Numbered from the stretch's first letter, positions 1 through 13,941 are shown. The stretch is 64,000 nt of DNA from the human T2T-CHM13v2.0 reference genome, Homo sapiens (GCF_009914755.1 NC_060933.1); one strand, 5' to 3'. Notes: generated by a model not told the origin, from the sequence alone. Translations and numbers: made by a program.

Positions 1-645
1 TCCTGGCTTCTGCTTCCATTACAGGTGTCCTTGGGGGCTGGCTAGGACCACACAGGGCTCTACGGCATCCCTAATATCATGCAATCAGGGTGTGACCCTA
101 ACATCTGCCTCAATTTTCAGTCAGCAAATGAAGTGATTTCTACGCAATGGGCCCTGTTCTGTGAATGAAGGAGAAATCGGGTGAATCAGGGCTTGTTCTC
201 TGCCTTCAAGGGACTCACAGGTACTTCAGGAAAATGAGGAAGGTGGTGAGCACAGACCCTGTGCTCTGAGGTGAGAAGTAACAGTGCCAGGAGACAGATA
301 GATGGTAGGTGTGGGCGCAGAGCTGGAAGAACTGGGCCTAGAAAGAGTGGAAGAATACTCATGGAAAAGGCAGTAAACAGAACCCAGGAATGAGGAAGGA
401 GGCAGGAGATATAGATGGGCTTCAGAAGACACTAGGCTGAGTTCTCCTGCCTTTAACCTCAACCTTCAGGCCTATGAGGACAAATGGACCATAAACAAGA
501 CCAATCCCCATATAAAGGTAGCCTGGAAGACAGATGGATGAAAGGGGTGTGACTTCCCTGTAGGAGAAGTGTGGCCCAGGTTTGGCTCAAGTTTAGCAGG
601 CCTTCCTTGGCCCTTGTGGGGGAGAAAGGGAGTAGAAGAAGTACC

Positions 646-732
646 GTGAGGAGTTAATGAAGGTGGGGGCATATGGAGGCATACTGTGAGCACTGTGAGG
701 AGTTAATGAAGGTGGGGGCATATGGAGGCATA
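646..732. repeat. Local tandem duplication, 38-bp exact core, period 49
   Basis: gtgaggagttaatgaaggtgggggcatatggaggcata at 646-683 and 695-732. Confidence 0.95.
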
Positions 733-2094
733 TTCATGGAAGAGAAGCCATCCCATGGGTTCAGATCGTGACAGAGGGGCTTCCTTGTGTACTCAGAAAT
801 GGGCAAAAGGGAGACCTGTGGAGAAACCCTGATGCTGGAGAACTATCAATCTGCAAAATAATACAGGTGGGAGTGAGGATTATGGTGGTGGTTGGGGGAG
901 GGGTCTTGGAGCAGAGAGTGTATAGTGCATTGAAGCTGCAGAAAGACACCAAGACCCCTTCTCCCTACCCACAGGCACAGAGTCAAACCATGCTTCAAGG
1001 CTCTTGTGCACTGAAGAGGGAGCTGTGAGGCCTCAGGCCACTGCAGGAAGGGATGAGATGGGGGCTCGCAGCCAGGCCTCTGCTCTCTTTGTGGTCCCTG
1101 AAGTCAGGTGGCCACAGTAGGTGACCCTGACCTCATTGATGAGTCAGCCAACCCTTTCAGGTCACCACATACCTGTGAATGACCCTTCCTGTCTGTCTGG
1201 GCTGTGATTTGCCTTCACTGAAGAGAGATAGAGAGAAACCGAAGAGGACAGCAAAGGCAGGTCTTTATGCTTCAGAATTTTTGTGTTGCCTACACTGGAA
1301 TAGTTGCTCAAGTACAACAAGAAGAAAAGCCAGCAGCAAAATCCAAAGGCCCTTCAAGAAACAGGGCTTGGGAAGATTCTTGGAATTTTGAGTGTCCTGA
1401 GCCAAAATGCACAGGAAGAACCTATGTGTCCACAGGTAGGAGAAAAAAAGAAAGTAAAAGCTCATATGTTTTTGGCTTCCGTGTGCTATCATTAATCATT
1501 TTCTCAGGAACAGAGGATGGTTTCCTTGCCATAAGAGGAAAAGAGAAACAGATCCCTTTGACCAATGTGCTACCCAGATGTTCTCCAGGCCCCAATATTT
1601 TTCCCCCATTTGATCTGACAAAGTGAAATAGATGACAATTGAGGGGAAGTTATTCCTGAAGACTACATCACCCATCCCTTCTCAGCTACAGCAACAATCA
1701 CCTTCTGCTGGGGGAATCGGATTACCTGTTCTGAGAGATTTCAAGATGACTGCCAAGCTATCTTCTGCTGTAAGCCATGGAAAAATTTGGTGGACTAACT
1801 CTTTCCTGGATCAGCCATGAGTTAAATTACCTGGCTTATACCAGGTAATAAGAAGGAGGGAGATACATGGGTAGCCTGTTGCTACAGGCATGGCCCTGAT
1901 CTGAAATTCCTGGACACATTCCAACCTCACCTGGCTTCCCATTGCACCATATGTTCTTGAGAAGTTAACTGCCACAAGAAAGAGTTAAGGCACATACTCA
2001 GTGGAAATAATTCTTGGAAGCTTCAAATTAGAGGGACAAAGGTGAGTGAGACACCAAGACTGTGAAGTTCCACAAAATCAACCTAATTTTAAAG

Positions 2095-2562
2095 CAGCAG
2101 TCCCCAACCTGGGTCTCCATAAATGTTATTATTTGTCTTTTAATTACCTCACATTTTTACATACATAAATGTTTTACACACAGAAACCTTATATCACCTT
2201 AGTAGAAAATTAATAGCTCTTGCCACATGCAGATATTAACTGTGAAAAATAAACGGAGTAACAGGGCATTATGAAATTCCTCTTATAGAGAGCATAACTT
2301 TTACAAGCTTTTGAGCCTGAATCTTGATTTCACTTTATTTATAAACAAATGGATACATAAAGATGATCAGGCAGAGGAGAGGTGATAAGGGCATGTTGGC
2401 TTCAAATTGCAACCTTCTCTGTGGCTAATCTGAAGGCTGGAGAATTAAAAAGGGAATGGGTTCTCACTATGAGTCTACAGTATTTAGCATTGTATCCAGA
2501 TACCTCACCAACATGACCCTAGAAACCACGAGGGGTAAATCCCTCACTTTGGAGAATGCCCA
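2095..2562. mobile_element. Possible old hAT-Charlie-type DNA transposon remnant
   Basis: TIR-like start cagcagtccccaacc and end cactttggagaatg, AT-rich interior; family not resolved. Confidence 0.35.
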
Positions 2563-3040
2563 ACTAGATGGGCTCTAAAAGCCTTCGAACTCTGATATTC
2601 AGAAATTCTAGATTGTTATAGTGATGTCTTTTAAATTACATAATCAGTAAAATGATCAATGTGAGGTAGGCATGACTATATAAAATGGACTGAGGAAGCA
2701 ATAAACCTGATTTTCCTGCTTGACTTTGGAAAAACAGTCTTATACCTTTATAATGTCTCTTCTCCTTGGTCACGGCGTCATACATAAAGGCCTCTTATGA
2801 TTGACTAAGTCATAACATGGGTTGGGGTGTCCCAAAACTCCAGCTGCTTAGGAAATGAGCCTACAATGCACAGGTGGTTTTTCTGTACTCTAAATCAAGG
2901 TTTCTATGACACTTGATTGATAAATAAGCTGTCACCGTCATATACCTTTTTCTAAATATTTGTCTATCTAGAGATGGTAAAAGTCTTCCTCGGGTTACTG
3001 TCAATAAGGTGAAAAACAGCCCAAGAAAAAGACAAGACAT

Positions 3041-3339
3041 GGCCAGATGTGGTGGCTCAGGCCTATAATCCCAGCACTTTGGGAGGCCAAAGTGCGTAAA
3101 TCACTTGAGGTCAGGAGTTAAAGACCAGCCTGGCCAAAATGTCAAAACCCCGTCTCTACTAAAAATACAAAAATTAGCCAGGTGTAATGGCGTGTGCCTG
3201 TAGTCTCAGCTACTCAGGAGGCTGAGGCAGGAGAATCACTTGAACCCAGGAGGTTGCAGTGAGCCAAGATTGCACTACTGCACTCCAGCCTGGGCAACAG
3301 AGTGAGACTCCACCTCAAAAAAAAAAAAAGAAACAAAAA
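3041..3339 (+). mobile_element. AluS (Sx/Sz-like), full length
   Basis: Two Alu arms, A-rich linker and tail; 17-bp TSD aagaaaaagacaagaca at 3023-3039 and 3340-3356; 6-bp deletion in right arm. Confidence 0.97.
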
Positions 3340-4894
3340 AAGAAAAAGACAAGACAGGCCCAATACTAGCATATAGGCAGGAGAGTCCTGGAAAACAGCT
3401 TGAGCTCAAAAGTATCATCTAAGACTCTACTGTCAAGGCAGAGAATCCACAGTGAGGTGAAGCCATGGTCAAGAGACAAGCTGAATTATTCAGGAAAAAC
3501 TAGCTGTGAGGTGAACGAGTGTTTTGATAGTAGACTGAGCAGCAAGATAAATGAAGAGAGAGGTGAAGAATAAGGAAGAAGGAACCAAACTAGTGGTTCA
3601 ATGAGCTAAATTGAAGAACAAGTCCCATATGCTGGAATGTTCCATCTATGTGCCACCTGCAGCACACTGCCAAGGCAAGCACTGGGCAAAGAAAGAGCCC
3701 CTCCAAACGATGCACACAGTGCCTCTCCTGCAAGCCCGCAGGCATGCACACATCCATCCATCCATGCACACAACCCTTCCCAGTGCCTGGAATGTGTACA
3801 TCATTGTGTGAGGCTGTGCTGAGGGGAATGCAGAGGTGAATGAAATATAGGTAAAGATGCTTAGAAGGAAGAAAGAAAAAAGACAAGGGAAACTATAGCA
3901 CTCAAGGCAGACAGTGTCCAGTGAGCCAAGAGAAGCACAGAAATCGCCACAGAAGGGAGCTCTGAGAAAGGTAGGGTCATACTGGAGTGGGAGAAGTGTG
4001 AGTGGGGAACACCTAGAGTTCTGCAAATATCTCTGCTCCATCATGAATATCATAAAAGGAGAGAATTTCATAGAAAGTGGGTGCCTTCAAGCAATGTCCT
4101 CAAAAACTGGGGAGGTTCAGATGGATGTGACAATGACGGAAGTGGGAAAAGATTTTCAAGCAAAGAAAACAGTTTGAGGAAAGGCAGAGGCAATTATTTA
4201 CAGCTTCCTAGATGTTTTCTAACCACAGAAACCAAAACCTAAAGAATGTGTCAGCACATTCGGGGATTGCTGACTGAACCTTGAAAATTTACAGGCAGCT
4301 GACACAGGAGAATTGGGTATTTCCTTTGATTTTATCATTAGCACCCATGATCTTACATGGAGAGAAAGAAGTAAATGTTTTAATGATTTGAAAAGGCTTT
4401 TTCTTTTATTCCACAACCTGAAAATTGTTTTGTAATAAAATACCTTGACATGCTTATAAATACCATATTACAATAAAGTGAGCCTTTCTGAACCACAGGC
4501 TTTGGGGATTTCTTGGATGGAAAATTGGGAAATTTCTGGAAAAAAAAATTAACTGAGTTTTAATGCACTTAGAATCTGGTCACATGTTCAAACCACAGCA
4601 GTTTGGGTACCTTTTGGCCTCCAGATATTGCAAGGAAGCAGAGCTTACTTCTATTGATGGAGAACTCATCCCCTTAACAGCACTGGCATGTTACAACTAA
4701 TTCTCTTAATATTGCGAGATGGAATAAAAAGAAGAAAATGTTGGTCTTCAGATAAACATCTGAAGAAAATGGTAAAATGAAGACTATCTTCTTGACACTG
4801 AAATAAAGTGCTGCTTTTTAAAAAATCTCTATCTTAAAATAAAGCAAGTGGAACTCAAAGAAATTATATAAATGACCCAAAGTCATGTATCAAA

Positions 4895-5257
4895 TGTCTT
4901 AGTTCATTCAGGCTGCTGTAAAAAAATACCATGGACTGAGTGACTTAGAAACAATGGAAATTTACTTCTCACAGTTCTGGAGGCTGAGAAGTCCAAGATC
5001 AAAGCACTGGCAGGTGCAGTTTCTGACAAGGGTGGCTTCCTGGTTCATAGACAGCTGTCTTTTCACTGTGTTGTCACATGGCAGAATTGGTGAAGAGGTC
5101 TCTGGGGTCTCTTTTATAAGGGCACTAATCCCATTCATGAGGGCTTCACCCTCACGACCTAATCACCTCCCAAAGACCCCATCTCCAAATGCCATCACAT
5201 TGAGGATTAAATTTCAACACATGGATTTGGGGGGACATAAACATTCAGTGTGTCACA
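4895..5257 (-). mobile_element. MaLR solo LTR, MLT1A0-like
   Basis: Reverse-strand MLT1A motifs (tgtcttagt...ctcacagttctggaggctg...gggcactaatcccattcatgagggc...aacattcag); TSD tcaaa/tcaag. Confidence 0.9.
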
Positions 5258-5499
5258 TCAAGTAAGGGGTAGACAATTGGGGTGAGACATCACTACTTCC
5301 CTTGTCAATCCTTTCCTTGAGCTATGCCCTTGGCCCTCACTCCTTATAACTTTAACCCCAGACCTGGATCCACCTCACTTAACCCTCCCTCTGTCCTGGG
5401 CCTGCTCGCTGGACCTGAATTTTACTTCATATGGAATTCCTTCCACCATGCCACTGCCAGAAGACAGAACCAGTAGTGGAGAATCTTACTCTTTCCCCA

Positions 5500-6907
5500 G
5501 TTTCCCCATCTTGGTAAATATTAACAGCATCCATTAAGTAGCTAACATTAAAAAACTTAATAGTTATTCTTTCTTTCCCTCTTCCTCTCTCTATTAGTTT
5601 CTCATGGATGCCATAACTTTACAACAAATTTGGTGGCTTAAAACAATAGAAATTTATTCTCTATTGTGGAGCCAGAAGTCTGAATTAGATGCCACCAGAG
5701 TTGATTCCTTCTGGTGGTTCTGAAGGAGAATCAGTTCCATGCCCCTTCTAGCTTTGGGCGCCTGTGGGCAATTGTGGCATTCCTTGACCTGCAGATGTAT
5801 CATTCCATTCTCTGCCTCTGTCTTCACATGACCTTTCCCTCTGGGTCTCTGTATCTGTCTCTTTTCTGTCTCTTACAGGGACACTCATCATTGGATTTAG
5901 GGCCTACCCTAATCCAGAATGATCTCACCTTAATTATATCTGTAAAGACTCTTCTTTCAAATAAGGTCACATCCTGAAGTTCTAGGTTGACATATCATTC
6001 CAGGGCCACAATTCAACCCATTACACCCTCCTCCCCACATAATATCTGTCCTAAGTCCTGCCAACTGCACTTCCACCATATATTCCATTATCTTTCCTTT
6101 CTCTCCATCTTCATTGCTACCATTCAGCCTGGCACCACCATCATCTCTCCCTGGACCACTCCTGTGGCAGCCTAACTGGATTCTCTGCCCCTACTCAGAC
6201 CTTTCCATCCATTCTCTTTAGAGTATCCTGAATCATTTTTCAAAAAATTATACCTTATCACTACCTTACTTAAAACCCTCCAATGATTTATCACTCACTT
6301 AGAATAAAACCCAAACCCCTCACCATAGCCTCCTGAGAAGCCATGATCTAGCCCCTACCTGTGGCTCAAACCTTCTAACCTACCATCCCCCAGCCCACAC
6401 TGAGTTTTTCTGAGTTTCACTGTTGTTGTTTTGTTTTGTTTTGGGTTTCTTTTTTTCTGCAGTTCCTCAGACACTTCAAGTTGCTTTTCCTCTTAGAGCT
6501 TGCTTCTAGCTTTCCCTCTAATAGGCATGCCCTTTTTGCTGCATTCCCCCATCCCTACAAGGCTGCCTCCTCTTCCATCCTGATTTAAGCTTAAAGGTCA
6601 CCTCTTTGGAAAGGCCTTTCCTGACCACCATGAAGTTGTCACATAGAAACTTTTCATCAAAACACTTAGCCTTAATTCTCTGCATAACACCCAGCATGTC
6701 TGATAACTTTCGCATTTGCTAGTTGCTGTTAGTTTTGTGATTGTCATTTGCTCATTCTTTAATCATCCACCTCACCTCCAGTAGGATATATGTCCTGAAA
6801 CTGGAGACATAATCTATTTGTCACTATTAAATCTTCAATTCTAGAACTCTCTGGAACATAGTACTTTTTCAATAAATATTTACTGACCAAACAAATCAAT
6901 GAATGAA
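5500..6907 (+). mobile_element. L2 3' region, interrupted by MLT1C
   Basis: Pyrimidine-rich L2 motifs (accaccatcatctctccctggacc, aaaaccctccaatg, agaataaaacccaaac) and L2 terminus caataaatatttactg...aatgaatga. Confidence 0.8.
5590..6025 (-). mobile_element. MaLR solo LTR, MLT1B/C-like
   Basis: ggtggcttaaaacaatagaaatttattctc...ggatttagggcctaccctaatccag...aaataaggtcacat...caattcaacccattaca; TSD ctctc/ccctc. Confidence 0.88.
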
Positions 6908-7420
6908 AAAAATGAAAGTTGCTCATGCTTAAAGATACTGACTTGAAGTTGGGTAACAGGACACAGCTTCTGAAATCCTCAGACAGGGAAAGATCTGGTT
7001 GGATGAGTACCCAGGAAAAGTCCACAGACAGTTTCTAAAACTTGGAACATGCAAAGGCAAGTAGGGGCAAGAGATTCCCAACTGTTAGGGAATCAGACCC
7101 AGAAACTTTGTCTTCTTACCTGCACGTAAGTATGCAAAATTTAATGCTGGAATTGATTACAAAATACATGTAATTGAGGAGGCCATGGACATCAGCATTA
7201 GTTATAGATCCTGGAGAACTTAAAATAACAAATGAAAAGGAAAACTTGTTTCGGCCATGAAAAAAAGAATAAATATGACAAGTATAACATAATTTCTCCA
7301 GATTCCCATGCATCATAATGAATACATAACACATTCAACATGTGTTAAATTAAGGTAAGTGTAAATGTTACTACTGACAACAATAAATCATAGACCTCTC
7401 TAGGGGGCAACACAATGTAT

Positions 7421-7458
7421 CACCTAAGTGACCTGAGACCACCTAAGTGACCTGAGAC
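7421..7458. repeat. Exact 19-bp tandem duplication
   Basis: cacctaagtgacctgagac x2. Confidence 0.95.
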
Positions 7459-8849
7459 CCACACCACCATCATCAGGATCAGCCAAAAAGTGAGCCACAC
7501 AGTAGCCAGGAGCCTCTTGAAATAAGGGGTCAAATGAGAACTTGCTTTGGTCTATGGGATGAGAGGGGGCAGAATGCTGTGGAGTGATGAATTCACCTTT
7601 CTTTTCCTGGGGCTTTCCTGGTTTTGGCACTGCAAGTCCTTCCACCCTGGAATACCCTCAGTCCTGGGAAAACTGAGATGATCGTCACTTTAAATGGTGA
7701 GGACTAAGGACTGAAACTTTCTGTTGAATTAGTAACCCCTGACCCAATTTTATTTCTAGCTCAAAGGACCTAGCAAACATTTTCTCCAGCCAACACTATT
7801 GCCTCACGTGCTCTGGCTTTTCTCTCTTACTGACTGTTAAAGACAATTTGTCTAAAATGTTACTCCCACCTTTGCCAACCACCTAAACTTTGGGCCCATG
7901 TCTCCAGCCCAAAGACCCTATATGCTGATTTTGCCTGAGAGCAGATGCCCCTCCCCCACCCAAAAAGTAGGGTCAGCATACCCCACACCAGCTGCTCCCT
8001 CTGTGACCCTACTCCCTGCCTTCTTGGTGCCTCCTGAGCTTCCTGTGGCCCCCAGACCCACCACATTCTTGGTGCTGTTCTCACCTCTGTGGTGCAGTTC
8101 TCTCTCCCACATCCCAGGCTACCCTTTCCTGTTTGATCCAAACCCGTCTGTTTTCTGTCTTTCCAAGATTCCTCATAGTTCCCAGTTCACTATGTCGCTT
8201 CTTGCCCCATATCAGGTAGATACAGATTTATCTTAAGGGTTTGTCTTCTCTATTGTTTCCTGGAGTTAGTGACATGTGAGTAACCGTAGCATACGCTCAA
8301 GCTGCCATTTTAAAACACTATGGCACGCACAATTTAATCCCCATTTAGGGAAACTTGAAAATACTTGTAATGTAAGAGGGAAAAGAAGAGTGAAAGAATA
8401 CATGACATATGCAAATAAATGAAACCACCACCACCTCTAAAGGTGATGACAGCAGGATTAGCTGCACCCAGAAGGGGAGAAGTATCCTGAATCTGCTTCT
8501 CTACCTTTGAGATGTTGCTCATTGATTTTAAGCCTGAGAACCTCTTTTTCCTGTAATTTTTAGGTGCAGCATGGTCACAAGATCTACTTTTGTGGACCTG
8601 GGATTATAGTAGGCAAGTTTTCTGCAATGCTTTTAATAAGAGTATTCAAAGAGTTTGAGTTGGGGGCTTAATTGGTTTTACCAAAAGTTATTATAATGAC
8701 ATCACATCTGATTCTATCCGGTGAATTGTTTACCTCCCTTCTGAACAGCAATTTGTTTATATTTTAAAGAGAACATTATTTTGAAGAATTTAGATAAGCT
8801 TTCCACTTTGTTTTAGATGTATTCTTTGTTAGAAAAATAAGGAGGAAAT

Positions 8850-9030
8850 GACCATTTAGTGTACTGGGTGCTTTGCCTGCATCGTGTCATTTAATCTTTG
8901 CATTCACATGATGAGGTGGTACTAATATCCCCATTTCAAAGATGAGAAAACTGAGGATCTGAGAGGTTACATAAATTGCAATTAATCACACAGTCAGTAA
9001 GTGAAGTAGCTAGAATTTAAACCATATCTG
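8850..9030 (-). mobile_element. MIR
   Basis: MIR core ccccatttcaaagatgagaaaactgagg...gagaggtt. Confidence 0.8.
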
Positions 9031-9186
9031 CCTCTATTAAGGACCTCAAAAGAGCCTTGGATTTTCTACTTAGTGCAGCTTTCCTTGTTGATTCCTAGGT
9101 GATTTTATATATACATACACACACATATATATAATAAAATATATATTATATATGTGATACTACCTATAATGTCTTAACCATTAGAG

Positions 9187-9482
<296 letters not shown>

Positions 9483-9574
9483 TGCCATTAGATTTTTTTT
9501 TAAGTAACTTATACATATCATTGCTCAGGGAATAAAAATGTTTTGTTTTGTTTTCAGAAAATGAGAGTCTGGAT

Positions 9575-10355
9575 TTTATTTTATTTTTACGTGTTTACAT
9601 TTATTTATTGTTGTTTCTTCTAAAAAAAAAAAAACAGGATGTATATGCAGAATGTGCAGGTTTGTTACATAGGTATACATGTGCCATGGTAGTTGGCTGC
9701 ACCTATTGACCTGTCCTCTAAGTTCCCGCCCCTTACCCCCAACCCCTCAAAAGGCCCTGGTGTGTATTGTTCCCCTCCCTGTGTCCATGTGTTCTCATTG
9801 TTCAACTCCCACTGACAAGTGAGAACATGTGGGGCTTGGTTTTCTGTTCCTGTGTTAGTTTGCTGAGAATGATGGTTTCCAGCTTCATCCATGTCCCCCC
9901 AAAGGACATGATCTCATTCCTTTTTATAGCTGCATAGTATTCCATGGTGTATATCTACCACATTTTCTTTATCCAGCCTATCATTGATGGGCATTTGGCT
10001 TGGATCCATGTCTTTGCTATTGTAAATAGTGCTGCAATAAACATACGTGTGTGTATCTTTATAGTAGAATGATTTATATTACTTTAGGTATATATCCAGC
10101 AATGGGATTGCTGGGTCAAATGGTATTTTTGATTCTAGATACTAGAGGAATTGCCATACTGTCTTCCACAATGGTTGAACTAATTTGCATTCCCATCAAC
10201 AGTGTAAAAGCATTCCTATTTCTCTACAGCCTCGCCAACATCTATTGTTTCCTGACTTTTCAATAATCGCCATTCTGACTGGCATAAGGTGGTATCTCTT
10301 TGTGGTTTTGATTTGCATCTCTCTGATGATCAGTGATGTTGAGCATTTTTTCACA
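9575..10355 (-). mobile_element. 5'-truncated L1 3' end, L1PA10-like
   Basis: Antisense L1 3'UTR and ORF2 C-terminus (gtgcaggtttgttacataggtatac...cccctccctgtgtccatgtg...gatgttgagcattttttc). Confidence 0.9.
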
Positions 10356-10589
10356 CGGAAAAAAATGTTTTTAAAGAGAAATTCCTTAGGACCATGGATA
10401 AGTGGACTATTTGGATTTGTGGTGACATAGACGTTTTACTTCATCTTAAGTTTAGTGTTAAATTTGGAGCACTAGATAAGAGTTAGAAAACACCTTTAAT
10501 TGATTAAACGGAATCAAAAGAACTTTCTGTCATCATAGGTAGGTAGAGGAAATCCAGTGGACAGAGCATATATACATCCTAAGAAGTAA

Positions 10590-10800
10590 TTCATTCACTC
10601 ATTGGCAAATGGCTACTGTGTAACTACCACGTGCCAGGCACTATTGGAGGGAGGCACTAGAGATCCATCAGTGAACAAAATAGACAACAATCCCTGTCTT
10701 CAAGAAGCTTATATTTTAGTCACAGAAGACGGATAATAAACAAAGGAAATAAGTTATATGGCATGTTTGAAGAGGGTAGATGCTATGGAGGAATTAAGCA
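10590..10800 (-). mobile_element. L2 3' fragment
   Basis: ttcattcactcatt...gtgccaggcacta...cagtgaacaaaatagac...gcttatatttagt pattern. Confidence 0.75.
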
Positions 10801-10999
10801 GAATAATAAAGAGCAATTCGTGAATGGTGGTGCTTTTGGCCTCCTTGTGAATTCGTGTCAGCACATTCTGTAGGTGACTTGCAGATGGCAAGACTACATT
10901 TCCCAAAGGCAGCTCAAGATCAGAATTAAAAGAAGTGTCTAGGAGCCGGACAAGGGCTGTACTCTATTCTGCGTTGTTTTGAATTACATAAAATTGGAA

Positions 11000-11590
11000 A
11001 GGAAAATAAATATTTTGGATGGCAACCAGAATGAAAAAGAAAATTCCACAGCAAGCTGGAAAAATGATCAGAATCTAACAATACAACATGAAATTTAATA
11101 AGGATCAATGTACATGCCTCCTAATATCAGCTTACGAGCATAAAGAGGGAGAGGGAATTTTGATTTAGTACTGAGAAAAGACAAAGAATTTTCATAGACT
11201 GTGTCAGTTGTTCCCACAGATTATAGCTAACAAGAAAAGCTATTGCAAACTTAGACTGCATTACCAGAAGAATCTTATCTTGGACAATGGTGGTGATAAT
11301 GCTATTCTACACAAACCACCTCTAGAGCATCCCATTTTATTCGCATTTCAAGAGAGACTGAGATGAAAATCGCCAGAAAAGGGTGGTCCAGGTATAGGGA
11401 ACTCAAGCCAGTCCCATGAGGAAGGACTGAAGATACAGGATTTGTGCACCTAGAGAAGACAAGACTCCAGAACTTCATAGCCAATATCTTCACATTTCTG
11501 AAGTTCTGTCATATGAAAAAGCAACTGGACTTATTCTGTGGACTCCCACTGAGTAGGATGCAGAATAAGGGGTAGAAGTTACAGGAGTAC
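11000..11590 (+). mobile_element. L3/CR1 LINE relic (RT C-terminal region)
   Basis: Degenerate CR1 motifs: aagctggaaaaatg...atgaaatttaataaggatcaatgt (KFNKDKC-like), ttagactgcattaccagaag, cctagagaagacaagact, ctgtcatatgaaaaag...gacttattctg. Confidence 0.7.
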
Positions 11591-11789
11591 GATAAAGTGT
11601 GATAAAACTGACTTTCTGAAACATAAGTTGTTATATGTTCTCTTTATGGTTTTATTTTAGGAATGTATGTAAAAAAGTCTCCTATTGTCTAAGATAACTT
11701 CAAGCTTCCTGTTATATTTACAGCAACCCTAACAACCAGCTCAATATGGTAAGATCAAACGGGAAATGCCATGTCTCAATAATTTGAAT

Positions 11790-12100
11790 TCTAGAAACTT
11801 AGATTCTAGTCTTCCATGTGCCCAACAATGGATGTCTAGGCATGTTTGCTGTGGCATTGTTTGTAGTAACAAAAAACTACAAACAACATAAACGCCCATC
11901 CATGGGGAAATAGTTAAATAAATTTTGGCATGTTCATAAAATGAAATTCTAGGCAATTGAATAAGTGACTATGTGTTTTGATGAACTGATATGAAAATAT
12001 GCTCCAGATATAATAATAAGGAAAAACTAAGGTTTCTAACAGAGTGCACACAATGCTTCGATCTCATGAAGTAAAACATAAGCACAGAATAGCTCTGTAA
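11790..12100 (+). mobile_element. Old L1 (L1ME-like) 3' fragment
   Basis: gcattgtttgtagtaacaaaaaactacaaacaac...ggaaatagttaaataaattttggcatgttcata. Confidence 0.7.
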
Positions 12101-12899
12101 GAAGGAAAGACAAATGAATAAGAGAGGCTGTCTGGTACCAAGCAGGAGCTCAGACCATGGCTGTGAACGTGAACTGAAGAGTGGCCATCATTCTTGATTG
12201 CCATAGGTATTAAAATGTCATATAGTTTTATTAACAAAAAGAAACTATAATATCCATTTTCAAATCGTTTTCCAATATGTTTTGTATAAGTACAAATGGG
12301 CACCAAATTCTTTCTTCATCAAAGATTTATAGGAATAAATGGATCATAGGCACTGAGGGGATGCTGATGGGCTATCCAATCCCAGAGAAATTAATCAAAT
12401 CTATGAACAGTTATTTAACAGATCTAGATGATTTTTAAGCTTCCATTTCAGCTGTCAGAAAATATATGTCCAATTCTGAGACAGGAGAATGGCCTTCTAT
12501 CTTCCTTGTACTATTTGGCAACAAAAGTAATCAAGGGGTCTAGGTGGGCCCACGTGGTTCCTGTGCTGGCCTGATGTGTGGTACAAAAAATAGTAATAAT
12601 AAATAGAGCACAATCCCAACAGAGCAATCAAAGTCTGTTTTACTACTTTGACTTGATTTGTGTGATTAATATTTCCTTTTTAAATTTTAATCTAGTGGAA
12701 AAGCTGCTGGTGAGGAAAAAAGAAAATAAACTGCCAGCTTAGCCTTATTTCCCATATGGTCAGCTTCCTAATCAAGAGGCAAAAAGAAGTGCTCTGACTG
12801 TGAATGTATAGAGAGTTCAGGAGCTTTCTAGACATGGGTTAATCGAGCAAAGGCAGTTGACTATTTAAATCTGGCGCAGGTAGGAAGTTGCATTGAAAT

Positions 12900-13650
12900 G
12901 GATGTAAATGGCTATGTGTTAAATGAGCGCCTTCCGTGGCCTGGTGCCTGGGATCTAGGATGAGTGCTCTCTAGGATGGTGGGTGGGCCCAGCACAGGCT
13001 ATGCTTGCATGGAGTTTGCTATCTTGGCAGGAAGATGAACACTGAGATAAGTCAAAAGATGTAAAATAGCATGAAATAAGCACACCCCAATCAGAGGAAG
13101 GACTCACTATTCCTGATTAAGGGAATTAAGTAAAGCTTCACGACAATAAGATGATTTCTAAGCTCAGCCTCGAAGGATGAATACAAGAAAGTGACAGGGG
13201 TATTGCTGGCCAGCATGAGCAATGACAGATGTGTCTGATCTTGAAGAGGCTGGAACACCAGGCCTTCAAACTTGAGCTTTACCCTGTGGGCTGTGGACAC
13301 ATCATCAACTGCTCTGAGAAGGATGTGATCTGAAAACACCTTTGCTTCTGAAAGCTCGTGCTGGTGCCTGTGCATGGAATGAACAGGCCACCAAGAAATG
13401 CAGTTAGGAGTTAGGGAGCTGCTGCCGCAACCCTGTGATGATATGAGGGGCCCTGACCAAGGCTGGGGTAGGAGGAACTGCAAACAGAGACTTTGGGGAG
13501 TAAAGCACAAAGGGTTTGGGAACACCTAGAGGCAGAGAAAGAGGGAGAGGGAGGAGTGAGGATGACTCCAGTATTTGAAACAGAAAATGGGAGGAATTTT
13601 GTATTTGCTGAAATTGGGAGAAAAAAAGATTGGGAAGAAAAAGATCATTT
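12900..13650 (-). mobile_element. Fragmented L2
   Basis: Purine-rich antisense L2 motifs (ttgagctttaccctgtgg, ggagttagggagctgctg, ggagtgaggatgactcc). Confidence 0.6.
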
Positions 13651-13941
13651 TGCCCTGGGTCTCCCTGGCCTGATGCTCATTCTCACTTGGGATACTACCA
13701 GGGCTGACCAGCTCCTGCCATGACTCTCTGAACAGTCATTTTTTTTTTTTTTTCAAAATAGACGATACTTACCATTTCTTTCAGAATAGGTCTATTACCC
13801 ATTCCTTCAATGGACTGGTTTAAATATCAATACTCAAGGGGATTTTCAAGATCATCACCACATTTCTGCCGACTTCCTCCATTCCAACATACTAGTTAAC
13901 CCTTTTCCTTCACCCCTAACGGAAGCTATAAGGGACAGCAC

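Noticed and set aside
13091-13525. 144-aa minus-strand ORF
   Set aside because: Overlaps degraded L2 sequence; no protein family resemblance
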